Assembly (NCBI GenBank): GCA_043228905.1
Contig: JBHGNT010000004.1
Location: 18,538,001-18,602,000 of the forward strand
DNA from: Azolla caroliniana
Taxonomy: Eukaryota; Plantae; Polypodiophyta
DNA: 64,000 nt
Reading direction: 5' to 3'
The notes beneath the pieces are model-generated. The model was not told the DNA's origin and did no database searches. It saw nothing but the letters and a program-made list of their open reading frames with translations. Numbering within the stretch: the stretch's first letter is position 1; the number at the start of each line of letters is the position of its first letter. The position numbers and the translations under genes were made by a program. This document shows, one piece after another, positions 10,491-23,947 of the stretch.

Positions 10491-13400
10491 ACGGAATATT
10501 GCTCGGCCACAATGGAGTCTTCTATCACTTCAATGACAATCAAACATAGAAATGGGAAATGGGGAGAGAACGCACGTACACACACAGACAATAGAGAGTA
10601 CACAGGATGTTTACGTGGAAAACCCTAATAGGGAAAAACCACGGGAGCCCACACACTCCAAACTATCACTATATAGGAAAGGTAGAAACAAAGATTTAGA
10701 GGCAACAACCTCAAGCTCTGTAACTTCGTCAGTCGGCGGTTACAATAGAGTATCGCTCTCTATATCTCTCTCTCTATATATACAACAATTATCCACATAT
10801 AACAGTATGACAACCACACACTATCTCTCTGTACCAAAGTGATTTCCCTAAGTAATATTTATACTTATATGAACTTAGGGCTATTTACAAATATAGTCTC
10901 AATAGGCTTACTCATAGAAAATTTACAAATATAGTCTCAATAGGCTTACTCAAAGCAAATTTACAAATATGTCTTCTCTTCCGGTTCTCACTGGGTCCAA
11001 CTGATCCGGTTCTCACCGAGTCCATCCGATCCGGTTTCCGGGTCTCTTCTGGTTCTCACCGGGTCCTCTTCATTCATCACCAAATCCCATTGGGAGGGAT
11101 CGATTTCCCAACAATCTCCCCCTTCACTCCGGCATGGGATGTCTCACGAGCCCGATCCGTTTTCGGCACGCGTCCAACTTGTCGGTTGTCAACACCTTGG
11201 TCACCATATCCGACCCGTTCTCCTCTATGTGGATCTTCCTCAGCACGAACTCTTGATCTTCTACTCTCTCCCGGATCCAATGGTACCTCCGCTGGATATG
11301 TTTCGTCCGGGAATGGTAGGCCGCTTTCATTGCAAGGTGGATGGCACTTTGACTGTCACAGTAGAGCTTGTATTCCTCATGTTGGATCCCTAACTCTCCG
11401 ACGAAGTCCTTCATCCAGATTATCTCCTTGCCGACTTCTACAATTGCCATGTACACCTCCTTCGTGGTTGAAAACGCAACCGTCTTCTACAGCCTCGACT
11501 GCCATGATACAACTCCCCCTGCATAAGTCATGACATACCCGGATGTAGACCGGCTGGTATCCGCATCAGCCGACATATCCGAATCAGTGAATCCATCAAG
11601 TTGGGGATTACCGGAGCCGAACCAGAGGCACATACTCAAGGTGCCTTTTAGATACCGGAGTATCCACTTGACCACATTCCAATGCTCTCTTCCGGGATTT
11701 CTCATGAACCGGCTTACCACATCGACTACATATCCGATATCCGGTTGGGTATATACCATTGTGTGCATCAAGATCCCGATGGCAGAGGCATATGGTACCT
11801 TCATCACATTCATCTTCTCCGCCTTTGTCCTCGGGCCTTGTTTTCCAAATAGCCTGCAGTTTGCCGGAAGTGTCAATCCGACCGGTTTTGCCTCCGACAT
11901 GTTGAATAGTTGAAGCACCTTTGTCACGTACTTCTCCTGTGATAACCACAACAACTTCTTTGACCAGTCCCAGATGATGTGCATTCCCAATATCTGTCTT
12001 GCCGGCCCAAGTCTTTCAATGAGAAGGTTTGGTTCAGAGCCTTCTTCAACATTCGAATCTTACCTTGGTCGTGTCCGACGATCAGCATTTCATCCACATA
12101 TAAGAGGAGTATCAGGAAATCTGATTCGTCAAATTTCTTCACAAACACGTAGTGATCGGCCTGTGTCTTGTGGTATGCTTGGTCGGTCATGAAGGAGTCG
12201 AACTTCCGGTAACATTGCCAGGGGGCTTGCTTCAATCTGTATAAGCTCTTCTTTAGCCCGCAAACCAGGTGCTCCCTTTCTTTTCAAATCCTTCCAGTTG
12301 ATACATGTAGATCTCTTCTTCAAGGTCGCCATATAGGAACACCGTCTTGACGTCCAGTTGCTCTACCTCGAGGTCCATGCTTGCCGCTATGCCCAATACC
12401 ATCCCGATGGATGTCATCTTTACTACCAGGGCAAAGATCTCATCGAAGTTCACTCCTTTCTTCTGTTGGAAGCCCTTCACCACGATTCGGGCCTTATACC
12501 TTGGTGGATTTCCGGCATCTCCCGGTTTTAGCTTGTACAACCACTAGTTCCGGAGTGCTCTCTTCCCTTTCGGCAACTCCGTCAGTTTATATGTGTGGTT
12601 CTCATGCAGTGAATCCATCTCCTCTTGCATGGCACTCAACCACTTGCGGTTGTGGGTGTCTCTCTTTGCTTCTTCGAAGCTTTCTACCTCCCCGTCATCG
12701 GTTAGCAACACATGCTCTTCATGTGGAAATCTCCGGGGGGTTGTCCTCTCTCGGAGAGGATATCTCTGTCCTTGGTTTTTTTACTACTGGTTCCTCCATT
12801 TGTTCCTCATCTAAATCTGATTCGGGATCTTGTCCGGTTCCGGTGTCTTGTTCTTCTTCTTCTTCGGTCGGTTCGGTTTCTTGTCCGTATTTGGCTTGCA
12901 TCCGGTGGATGTTGTCAACAACACATCTCCTATGCCGACAATTCGGCATGTACCTTCAATCCCCATCCGGACACAACCATGATCACCGGCTATGTAGGAT
13001 GAGAAGCATTTTCAATCCGGTGTCAGGTGGAATGACGTTCCGGAATCGACAACCAACGTTGTCTCGTCGCCAACAAGGTTTAACTCATTCTCTTCGATAA
13101 TGAGCATCAGTTCTTCTTCACTTGTCGCTATTTCCTACATTCCTTTCCGGTCTCAGCCTCCTGGTCCAAACCGTTTCGGTTCGAACTCTTCTTCGAATCG
13201 GTGGTGCTGGTTTCTTTGTCTTTCCGGAAATGCTGATAGTTCTTTTGGAAGTGCCCCGGCCTCCCCCTTGACTTTGACCTCGTCCCCGATTTGTCCCGAT
13301 TTTGGGAACTCCGATACCGACCTCTTCCCCGGTGGTGGTCATCTTCCATGACCAAAGCGTTCGGATCGGTTCCGGACTCCCGGTCCTTCTAGCAAGCTTC

Positions 13401-15190
13401 TTCATCTAGCAAGCTTGACTTGACTCTTGCTAGGGACAACTGCTTTCCTTCCGGCCCGGCGTTGCCAACGTAACGACTAATGTCTTCCAGCTATCCGGGA
13501 GGGAACCGAGTAAGAGCAATACGAGTACCTCATCGGTGAGAGGTACTTCAAACAAGGTTGCTTGATGTATCAGCCCCTCAAAGGCATTCATGTGCTCCGC
13601 CATACTAGAGTCATCCTGGTACTAGAGCCTCACTAGCATCCAGAATACCGAAACCCGATTAATGACATTCTTGTTTTGGAGCATGATGCCGATCTTCTCC
13701 TAGAGTTCATGAGCCTTGCTCTCTTCATTAAAGTTGTTGTACAGGCTCATGTCGATGAAGCACCATATGTATGTTGTCATCTTCATGTGCATCACCTGCC
13801 ACATTGTGGCGTCAATCTTATCCGGTCTCTTGTCCCCGAACTGAACCGACAACCAAAGATCTTTAACCACCAGCATATCCCTCATCTTCGACTTCTACAT
13901 TGAGTAGTTGGAGCCGGTGAGCTTGAACATGGCGTCAAACGATTCTTCCATTTCCTGTGTTGTTCGCTCTGATACTAGTTTGAAGAGAATAGTGCGGAAT
14001 ATTGCTCATCCACAACTGAGTCTTCTATCACTTCAATGAGAATCAAACACAGAAATGGGAAATGGGTAGAGAACGCACGTACACACATAGACAATAGAGA
14101 GTACACAAGATGTTTACGTGGAAAACCCTAATAGGGAAAAACCACGGGAGCCCAAACTCTCCAAAATATCTGACAGGAATATGCGGAATAGTACTCGGCC
14201 ACAGTTGAGTCTTCGATCACTTAACGATAATCAAACACAGAAAGGTGAGAAATGGAAGTAAGCACACAAATAGAAAAGAATGCACAAGATGTTAACGTGG
14301 AAAGCCCTAAATGGGAAAAACCACGGGAGTTCACAAACTCCAACTATCACTATGCCAAGAGGAATACAACAGGTAAGCAGGGAGGCATCGACCTCGTGCT
14401 CACAATCTTCGCCTTGTGGCGGTTACAACAGAGACTGACTCTGTCTCTCTCTCTCTTTCTCTTTCCCTCTACTACGCTCTGTACAGCAGTTACACCAATA
14501 ACTCTGTACAAAATAATGACAACAACATAATACTGTTTGCCCTAGGTCATATTTCTACTAATATGACTTTCGGGCTATTTACAAATATAGCCACAGTGGG
14601 CTCTCTAGAACATATTTACATATATGTCCCTTCATCCGGCGAGAGGTTCTCACCGGGCCTGCAACATACGGTTCATCCCAGGTCTTCGTTACCGGGTACT
14701 CATCATCCGGTTCTCACCGAGCCTTTATCATCCCATCCGGAGGGACCGAGATCCTAACACTATTACTATATAGGAAAGGTACAAACAGAGACTCAAAGGC
14801 AACAACCTCGAGCTCTGTATCTTCACCAACCGACGATTACAATAGAGTATCACTCTTTATCTCTCTCTCTCTCTCTATACAACAATTATCCACAGATAAC
14901 AATATGACAACCAAACATTGTCTCTTTGTACCAAAGTGATTGACCTAAGTCATATTTATACTTATATGAAATTAGGGCTATTTACAAATATATCCTCAAT
15001 AGGCTTACTCATAACATATTTACAAATATGTCTTCTTTTTCGGTTCTCACCGGGTCCAACCGATCCGTTTTCCGGATCTCTTCCGGTTCTCACCGGGTCC
15101 ATCCAATCCAGTTTCCGGGTCTCTTCGGGTTCTCACCAGGTCCTCTTCATTCATCACCGGATCCCATCCAGAGGGATCGATTTCCCAACA
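10491..15190 (-). mobile_element. Copia A subfamily element, internally deleted (integrase missing)
   Basis: 3' LTR ~10491-11113, PPT at 11114-11130, RNase H/RT remnants 11124-12890, gag/PR remnants 12900-13950, degenerate Met PBS (plus strand GCTCTGATACTA, ~13966-13977), 5' LTR 13981-15190 interrupted at 14171-14759. Confidence 0.9.
14171..14759 (-). mobile_element. Solo LTR of family A inserted into another family A LTR
   Basis: TGACAGG...CCTAACA termini; flanks ATATC and CTATT are each one change from the CTATC seen at this site in the uninterrupted partner LTR. Confidence 0.85.
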
Positions 15191-17620
15191 GTTGTACATA
15201 TCGTGAAGATGTAGCTGAGCAGTTAGTCGGCTACACGGATTTGGATTGGGCCGGAAATACCCACACTTGTAGATCCACATCTGGATACGCATTCTCATTG
15301 GGAAGTGCGACGATCACGTAGAGCAGTAAGAAGCAGCCGACAATCGCACTGTTGAGCACAGAGGCCGAATGTCGAAGGACGACTGTCGCTACGTGCAAAG
15401 TCATTTGGCTGAAAAGACTATTACAGGATCTGCACATAGAGGTGTCCAATCTAACGACGATCTACTGTGACAACCTCAGCAGCATCCAGCTTGCGAAAAA
15501 CCCTGTATTCCACGTTCGAACCAAGCACATTGAGGTGCACTGTCATTTTGTCCAGAAGCGTGTCCTTTCCGGTGAGGTCGAACTGGCATATGTTTCAACA
15601 GGTCAACAGATTGCCGACATCTTCACCAAACCCCTTCGTCTCGACAAGTTACGACATTTCTCGGTTGAGCTGGGTTTGCGACACCTTGAGACGCTGAACT
15701 TGAGGGGGAGACAGGAACATGAACAGGAGCGTGAAAGGAGCGGTAATAACCGCGATGCCGAATCAGATGAAGCATTTGATTTCAGGCCGGCTGAACAAGC
15801 CTAAGAAGAAAACAGGGGCCATAATCGTGAAGGAGTGCCAAAGACAGCTGAACAAAGGGGCAACAAAGCCAAGAAAGGCGTAAAGGCCAAGTCTAAGACA
15901 TGGTCGGACGTAGTTAAGGGCCAGAAGACAGAAGAAGAATTAGAGACAGCCAATTCGGGTGAAAGCGGGAATGAATTGGAAATGTTTGATTTAGATATGC
16001 CGAATCAACTGAGGGCCAAGCGGAGAAAAGGGCAGCGAAAGAGGCGCCAACACCATGATAGCAAGGGAGCTAAGAAAGGTCGCATGAGCAAACAAGCCGA
16101 CCGGAAGGGACAAAGTGCGCGGAATCGAACAGGTCGAGGAGCGCGAGCGAGGCGTGAAGCCAGGAGAGGCCTGAGGGAAGATACAGAGAAGCATATGGAA
16201 CCTCAAGTTCAGCTTGAGGGGGAGTGCTAAGAGACAAGCTCAACATTGGGAGCGTAAACGGGTGCGTAACCCGGTGAGTAGACTGGGTGCGTAAAACCGT
16301 GCACTAAATACGGCCATAGCAGTATGTAAACAGAGAGGTCGTTAGAGTGTTATTCCTCGTAAGGAATAATTTTGGGGGTAAGTGTAGGATGCTCATTTAT
16401 GAGTAGTCAAGTACTGTAAGTACTTGTGTCAGCCCGATAGTTAGGGCTTGTATAAAAGGTCATCACTGAGCACCAAGTATGTACACAGAGAGAACATACA
16501 AAGAATTATTATGCATTTGAGAACACATGAAATCTTGGAGATATTAAGTGTTGGGTCCTCAAGAAATATCTTTTCGACACTTTAGTGACCCCGGTTCTTC
16601 TCTATGGGGTGGAAGTATGGGGCGGTAGCATCCCTAAGTCTACATGGAAAGAGTTTGAAAATGTCCAAAAACATTTTCTTACAAAGTTTCTACAAGTTAA
16701 GAAACGGATGCCCTACATCCTCCTCCTTGAGACGGGATCGCTTCCCATTGAGATCATGGCCATAGAAAGGGTTGTTCAATACATGCTTAAGGTTCAAAAA
16801 AGCCCCTCACAATGACTTCCTAGAATTGCATGGGAAGCAAGCAAAAAGATCCAAAAGACGCATAAAAGAAAAAATTTGTGTTCCGATTGGATACAAGATT
16901 TAGAAAAATGGTTTGGTAGATGGGATGCAAGACACTTTCTTCATGATGCGTCACTAGATTCCTCTATAAATGAGGCCTTTTGGGAATGCCAATGTATCAT
17001 GACATGAGACAAATGTGGTGGCTCACGCTTCACACATTATACTACAAATGTTGCACCTAACTACAAAACCATATTCTTTGCAAAACGGGGAAGCCGTACA
17101 CATCGATACATGTTAGAGCCCATCCCAATATCTGCCATTCGAACCATTTCTTCCATGCGACTTAGCTCGCATGCATTGAGATGTGAGACGGGGCGTTGGG
17201 GCACAAGTGATGAGAGTGGCCGACTATGCACACTTTGCCCTAAACAAGTTCGAGAGTCTAAGTATCACACTTTGATACAATGCTCTGCCTTTGATCATAT
17301 TCAACCATGCTTTCCACATCTCTTCGATTGAGCCCAATCCTTGCATGAATTTTTCTCAAAACCACGATGTGCACTCTTGATTGCAACATTCATTAGTAAA
17401 GTTCTTGAACATCAAGAGTCGCTACTCACCTTCACACATATCACGTGAAATGTAATATTTTTGGTCTCATAGGTCACATTTGACCTCCGAAGACGATAAT
17501 ATAATCTATCTATCTCTCCCTCTCCTTCTCTGTGATTTATGTGTTTGACCGAACTATCGTATTTCCGAACTGTGTACTTAGTGACTTACGCATACGCTTC
17601 CACACACATATTCTTTTACA
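15191..17620 (+). mobile_element. Copia B 3' portion: RNase H, charged extension, PPT, 3' LTR (16225-17620, interrupted by a LINE)
   Basis: IYCDNLSSIQLAKNPVFH.RTKHIEVH and ADIFTK motifs; GAGGGGGAG at 16216-16224; LTR matches 55009-55441. Confidence 0.92.
16507..17513 (+). mobile_element. 5'-truncated LINE, family L-A (RTE/RTEX-like)
   Basis: PVLLYGVEVWG and RLSSHALRCETGRW..C..C...H....C motifs; matches ~49091-50090; ends in a hairpin plus (TATC) tail. Confidence 0.9.
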
Positions 17621-17715
17621 ATGTATGCGATGGTCGTCACATGACCTTACATTGCTCACGCAGTTGAAGTCATCAGTAGATTGATGCACAATCCCGACCG
17701 ATCGCATTGGAACGC
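17621..17715 (+). pseudogene. Copia RT fragment, probably family F (outermost host)
   Basis: Translates as MYAMVVT*PYIAHAVEVISRLMHNPDRSHWNA, distinct from families A and B. Linking it to 39535-39832 is an inference. Confidence 0.7.
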
Positions 17716-18410
17716 TATCGTATTGTATTACTGACACTATGTGAAATATGTATAAAATAACCAATTAAATAAAAATGAAGAAAAAGAAGAGAGTATTAAA
17801 ATATATGTTACATGCATAGGGCAAGGTTCAAACCTTCTAGCTCCATGTTAATAATTTGGAGCATTACCATTATACTAACACATCATGAGTATTAGAAAAG
17901 AAAATGCCCCACATAGAAAGGTTATTTCATGCACATTTTCTAGGAAAAGCTTTAGTTAGAGGAAAACGCACGATAGAAAAAAGCTACACATGCACATCTA
18001 GCGTGCATGAACACTATAGTTGATAAAAAATGTATGATCACTTTTAGAAAAAGCATGTTAGAGAAAGCATATAGTCTATAGATAGAAAAAGCATGGAGTC
18101 CATAGTTACAGAAAAAGCATGAATTGATAAGCCTCTCCAATCACTATATAAGGATGGGGAGTACAATTTAATTGGGGGGAATCTTTGGAAATTGGATATG
18201 TTTCTAAATACCGATTAATAAATTGTACTCGTGGGATTCACAAGGTTTCTATATTCTTCTCTTTCGATCTAAATTCATATTCTTATCTAAATATTGATTA
18301 ATAAAATACATTATACTTGTGGGATTCACAAGTTTTCTATCTCCCACTCTTGCAGTCTATTCATAACTAGACTTGTCTCAAATTCTTCCTCCTCCTAGTC
18401 CAAAACCCCA
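17716..18410 (+). repeat. 5' LTR of gypsy D
   Basis: Aligns with 38486-39113; start inferred from that alignment, end inferred from the PBS position. Confidence 0.8.
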
Positions 18411-18411
18411 G

Positions 18412-18426
18412 TGGTCCCGACGTGAA
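18412..18426 (+). promoter_or_regulatory. Degenerate tRNA-Trp-type PBS of gypsy D
   Basis: TGGTCCCGACGTGAA versus TGGTGAATCCGACGTGAA in related family E. Confidence 0.6.
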
Positions 18427-18441
18427 GACGAGTGGCAAGGA

Positions 18442-21400
18442 GATGGAGGCCAACAACATGATGAAAATGTTGGAGCGGATATTGCCGGAACAACACATGA
18501 TATTAGAGGTCAAAGCGACCATAGAACGACTCTTGAAATAGAATGGTCAATTCGATGGGAAGGATGTCTCACGTTATCTTTGGGACTACAAGGTAGAGAT
18601 GCTGCGTTGCGGGATATCGGAAGGATTGCAAATGACATCCGTTAGTCGGGTGGCTACGGATGGGCTTCAAGGGAGTATCCACAGGATAGGACAACAAAAT
18701 CCGACGTGGGAAGCGTTTAAAGAAACGCTAAAGACTACATTTGCTATCGAAGACTCCTCCAAGGTGACGCGGAGGGGATTCGAAGATTGGGTAGAAACAC
18801 CAGAGAAGGGGTTGAAGGTCCTCAATGTGTTTTCGGCATTCGAAAGTCGATTCGGGAGGTTGTTCGCGAGAGATCAAGCTATCCTCGTACTAGACAAAGT
18901 GATCATGTTCTTGTGAGTTTTGGATGTTCGGGACTGGAAAGATCTTGGACTGCTTCTAGAGGATACGACTACTGAGAGTGGCCTCACCAATACATGGGAA
19001 AATGTGCGGAACATCGTCACTCAATACACAAAGAGGGGGCAATGGCTAGATCATGAAGAGAGGAGGACAATTGAACAGACATTGAGGTCGAGGTTCGTAG
19101 CCGAAGACCACCAACCACGGTGTCGCGAAAATCCGCACGTGTGTGTCAGAAATGGCAGAACCATGGAGGTCTTGGACTAGGAAGGGGTTAGGAGAAAAAA
19201 GAAGAGATTAACACAGAAAGAGAAGTAGATCGAGACAAGATACATCAACAAATTACATTAAGAAACCACCATATGACTTACAACCATGGCCATATAGGCC
19301 ATATGCAAACAACACTAGATCAAATCCTAAGCGTATAGGTAAAGAAGAAGAAGAATGAAACCCAAAAACCGAAATCCTAAAACCCAAAACCCAAAAACGA
19401 AATAGTGATAGCTAAAACCCTAATGGTCTACCCCAAAACAACAAAATGGCGACTCAAGAGAAACCCAAAAGTGACCCCTCACGCCCTTTTATAGTAGTAA
19501 GGGGTGAGGCACATTACATAAAGAGGGGTCAAATCCCCTTCTTTTAATGGGGAATATTTCCCTCGATCTTAGATTGATGGGGCCTTAACTCTCTTCCCTC
19601 ACACTCTATGCCACTACCCACTACATCCGTACTCCCACGTACTCCCCTTTTCTACGTGTGCATGTGCACACAAGTGTACATCACATTTACACTTTACGAA
19701 TTTTTGTAGAGAACCTTTAACACTTTAGATATTTACCTTTTACATTTTATTACTTACTCCTATGTTACAAATTCCCTAAGTACATGTGCAATGTTGCACA
19801 TCACATTTTATTTATCCCACTCAAGTGTTCTCACCATAGCCGAAATTCCTCACGACAACAGGCTTGAGAAACTACGACCGATAAGGGAATAGAAGTTACT
19901 GCGATGGAGCAGTTGCTAAAAGAGATGGAGAATCTCAAGATTGCCATCGTGAAGAAATCGGAAGACCGTCCCACAAGTTCCAGGTATATGGACCGACAGT
20001 GCATATGGTGCGACATCATCGAACATGATCAGAAGGATTGCAGTGAGCTCAAGGAGGACCTACGGCGGGATCTTATCTACTATGAAGGAAACCGGATCCA
20101 TTCAATGGATACTCAGAAGCCACTCAGGCCAAACTTCCGAAAATGTGGCATGGAGAAGGTCCTAGAGGAGGAGATAGAGGTAAAAATCAATTATGCGACC
20201 ACCGCAGGAATACGTGTGGCTGAGATATCTAGAGCACATCGAACAACAGACGAAACTAAAGAAGGTGTTCGAAGAGAGAATCCTTGATAGTCAGGTGGAA
20301 TTTTGTCTCCAGGAATTGCTCAAAATAGGAAAGAAAGAGTTCCATGATCTCCTCGTGGATCTTGTGAAGAGAAAGAGGCACACTATGGAAGATTCAAATC
20401 CTCCAAAGATAAATGCAAATATGATTTTAATAAACGACACGGAAACGGAGGACGAAATTCCAAACTCCCACTACACAAAGCCCCACTGGGCACGAGCAAC
20501 TACGGAGACTCTTGTCCGAATTGGAAACATCAAAGAGCCCGTAGTCACATTCATTTATCATGGATCGGAGATCAATCTGATGTCCACAGAGTTATACCGG
20601 AAAGGGAAGGGGCCAATTAACACCAATCATGGATGGAAGATTCGGGCAGCCACAAACAACGTAGGACCTATTTGCGGCTTGTCTGGATGTGACAGTGAAG
20701 ATCGGAGATGTAGAGATTGACCAAAATTTCTTCATGCAAGATGAGGTCTCACATTCCGTGATCCTCGGGCAACCCTTTATCATGACTTCAAGGATGGAAA
20801 CAAAGGTGCTCGATAGCAAAGCGGCTTTTGCACGGATTCGAAGCCAAAGTGGAGAGAAACCGTCGAATTCCTAACTATGCTAGCGAATCACGAAAGGAAC
20901 AAGAGAGAGCTCTTGTCCCAAACAAAAATGGATTTTTAAAGCGCATTGTTGCAAAGTGGGGAGGTGATAGTCTGAGAAGCCTTGATACCTCACACAGGAA
21001 GAAAACTCTCATAGTGAAACAAGTGTGAATTAGTCTGGATGGGGCATCTACATACATGGTTGTGACCGGAATAATGAGAAAAGAACTCAGGAAGATGCAG
21101 GATGAGCTACGGTCTACATCAATCATAAAAGAGGACGAAGAAATCATGGGAGTAGTCGAAGAAGTGTTCTATGGAAGCACACTACAACGACTTGAAGAGC
21201 TTGTGGAAGAGAATAACCAAGAAGATCGGGTAGTCCCAATGGAGTCGGTCGAGATGTACGAGATCATTGCGGAAATGGCGTTGGATGTGCTCCACAAAGA
21301 AGATGCAATGGTGTATAATAAATATAAGACCGTGGAAAAGAAGGTGAAACCATCTGTGGGACCGTTACCCACAAATAGTAAACAAAAGATGAAAGAAGTC

Positions 21401-23765
21401 TCGGAAGACCCAACACTTCGGAAGTCCATGCATATTGGACATACATTTACTGATGAGACCCGAAAGAAACTCTAGATCAAGGTGGCAGGTTCCTCTTACA
21501 GAATGAAGAAGAACGATTTCGTGAGATGTTGGATCAACATGGAAAAGAATTCGCATTCACATCAAAAGAGATAGGGTGTGTTGGTCCAAAGATAGTGGAG
21601 CCGATGGTGATCTTCAGGATTGATCATGTGCTAAGGAACTTGAAGTTAATTCCGATGCCACGGGCGCATATTCCGAAAATCATTTCAGACTTGCTCAAGG
21701 AGAAGGTGGCCATGGGGATTCTAGAGCCATCAAACGCTTCCTGCTCAAATCGATGATTTATGGTTCCGAAGAAGAATGGATCACTCTAGTTCATTCAAGA
21801 TTTAAAACCAGTGAACAAAGTCATGATCTAGAACTCCGGAGTCGGTTCGATAGTAGATGAATTTGCAGAAGCATTTGCCGGACGTACAATATACTCTATC
21901 GGAGACCTATACTTCGGATATGACCAATTCCAATTAGCTATGGATAGCCGGGATATCACTACATTGCGAACACCGATGGGATTAGTCTGAAGCCATGAAC
22001 TCGATCATACATATGATGAATGCAATGAACAAGGTGCTTTGAGACTGCATTTCGGAGATAACGATGCCATTCCTAGATGACATTGCAATGAAAGGATGTG
22101 TGGTGGAAGAAAAGGATGAGACAATGGATGATCGGGGATGCCAAAAGTTTGTAGTTGACCATATTCGTGGTTGCGAGAAAGTGTTGTAGAAGTTAGAAGA
22201 TGTGCACGTAACACTCTCCGGAGAGAAATTGGCATTCAGACAAGATGAGAGAAATCTATGTGGGCCCTACGGCCGAAGACCATCACTTGTCAAGATCGAT
22301 GTGATTCAAGCTATGAAAGAAATATGTGAGTCACCATCCGAAGTCAGTAGATTTCTTGGTGTATGTGCATTTTATCACATATGGATTCCGCACTATGCAC
22401 ACATTGCGGATCCACTCTATCAGTTGCTGCGGAAGAGTAAGAAGTTCGAATGGAGACCGGAACATACCAAATCCATGAAGAAGGTCAAGAAAATACTACG
22501 GATGGCAAAAGAACTTAAGAAGCTGAACTATAACCGACCGATCATAGTAAGAATTGATACAAGTCCAATCGGGATCGGATGGGCCATCAACCAAGTCGAC
22601 TCGAATGGTTCACGATATCCAATTCGATTCGGAGTAAAGATTCTCAATGAAAGGCAACGCAGATATGAACAAGTTAAAAAAGACCTATGGGGAATCGTGT
22701 CGACAATAAAATCAGATCGGGATTATTTGATCAAAAACGAAGTAGTGATCGAAACGGATTGTCTTCTGATACTTGGGATTTTGCGATGTTGCACGATACC
22801 GGATCTGGCTATGCTAAGATGGATTGCATATGTAAAGTCACTTAATCCAGACGTACGACACATCTCGGGTAAAGACAACACGGTAGCAGATTTGTTATCA
22901 AGGGCATGGTTCGGAGACGAAGTAGTCAAATCGGATAATGAAGAAGTTTCCGAAGATTACTTTACTTTGGAGCACATATGCTGGGTGAACGTAATTCGAG
23001 AGTTCCGGGAAGACGAATATGAGGGAGAAAGCTTACTGATCGGGAAAGTGCTACAAGAAATTGAGGAATCATCAGAAAATAGAGAAAATAGAGCTAAGAT
23101 CCAATAGAAGAAACGGGTAGTCGGCACAAAGGACCAACAAAAACAGGTAATATCTGAATTTCACGAATCCGATTAGGCTGGACATCGGGGAACATGGGTG
23201 ACATTTGAAAAAATCAATCAAAAATATTGGTGGAAGAATATGAATAAGGATGTAACAAAGTTCAAGGAAAGCTGCAAGAAATGTCAAATCTACTACGGAG
23301 TACAATACCGGGACGAATTACATCTGACATTCTATGCAGGAAAACATGTTTTGCAGTATGCCAATTTCTCTTGGACGAAGTATTTTGCATGTATGGGTGC
23401 GTAGGACAAGTAATTGCAGATTGGGGAGAACGTGATTCCGATAACTTGATTCCAAAAAGCCAAGGAATTCTTCGCCAAACATGGAGTTCGGTTGACACTA
23501 ACCACTGCATACAATCCAGAAGCAAACGAGAAGATCGATTGAGAACATAGTCCAATCATGAAAGCACTTGCAAAAGCATGTGACGGAAGGTTGAAGAATT
23601 GGTCACATATGCTTTCGTATGCATTATGGGCAAATCGCACAACGCATAGTTCCGTGACTGGTTATATGCCAAGAGAAGTTATGACCAGACAAGCTCCGGT
23701 AATACCTACGGAAATCGCAATTGCGACATGGATAGTGCTACCGTGGAAGGAAGAGATGAGCCAAG
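18442..23765 (+). pseudogene. gag-PR and RT-RH-INT of gypsy D (many stops and frameshifts)
   Basis: CIWCDIIEHDQKDC knuckle, HGSEINLM, ILGQPF, DLY.GYDQFQL, PFLDD, RFLGVCAFY, IDTSPIGIGW and AYNPEAN motifs. Confidence 0.9.
19121..19857 (-). mobile_element. Solo LTR related to gypsy E by its termini
   Basis: TGTCGCGAAAAT...CACGACA termini as in E; flanks ACGG/ACAG (4-bp TSD with one mismatch); interrupts D gag. Confidence 0.8.
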
Positions 23766-23947
23766 TGACAGGAATATGCGGAATATTGCTCGGCCACAAC
23801 CAAGTCTTAGGATCAACCACAGAAAGATGGGAATAGAAAGAAATGCATGTATATACACAAACAATTGAGTAAGAGAGAGTACACAGGATGTTTACGTGGA
23901 AAACCCTAAACGGGAAAAACAACGGGAGCCCACTAGCTCCAAACTAT
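23766..23947 (-). repeat. Partial family A LTR inserted in the D integrase and itself interrupted at 23948
   Basis: Begins TGACAGGAATATGCGGAAT like 14171; contains ACGTGGAAAACCCTAA. Confidence 0.8.
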
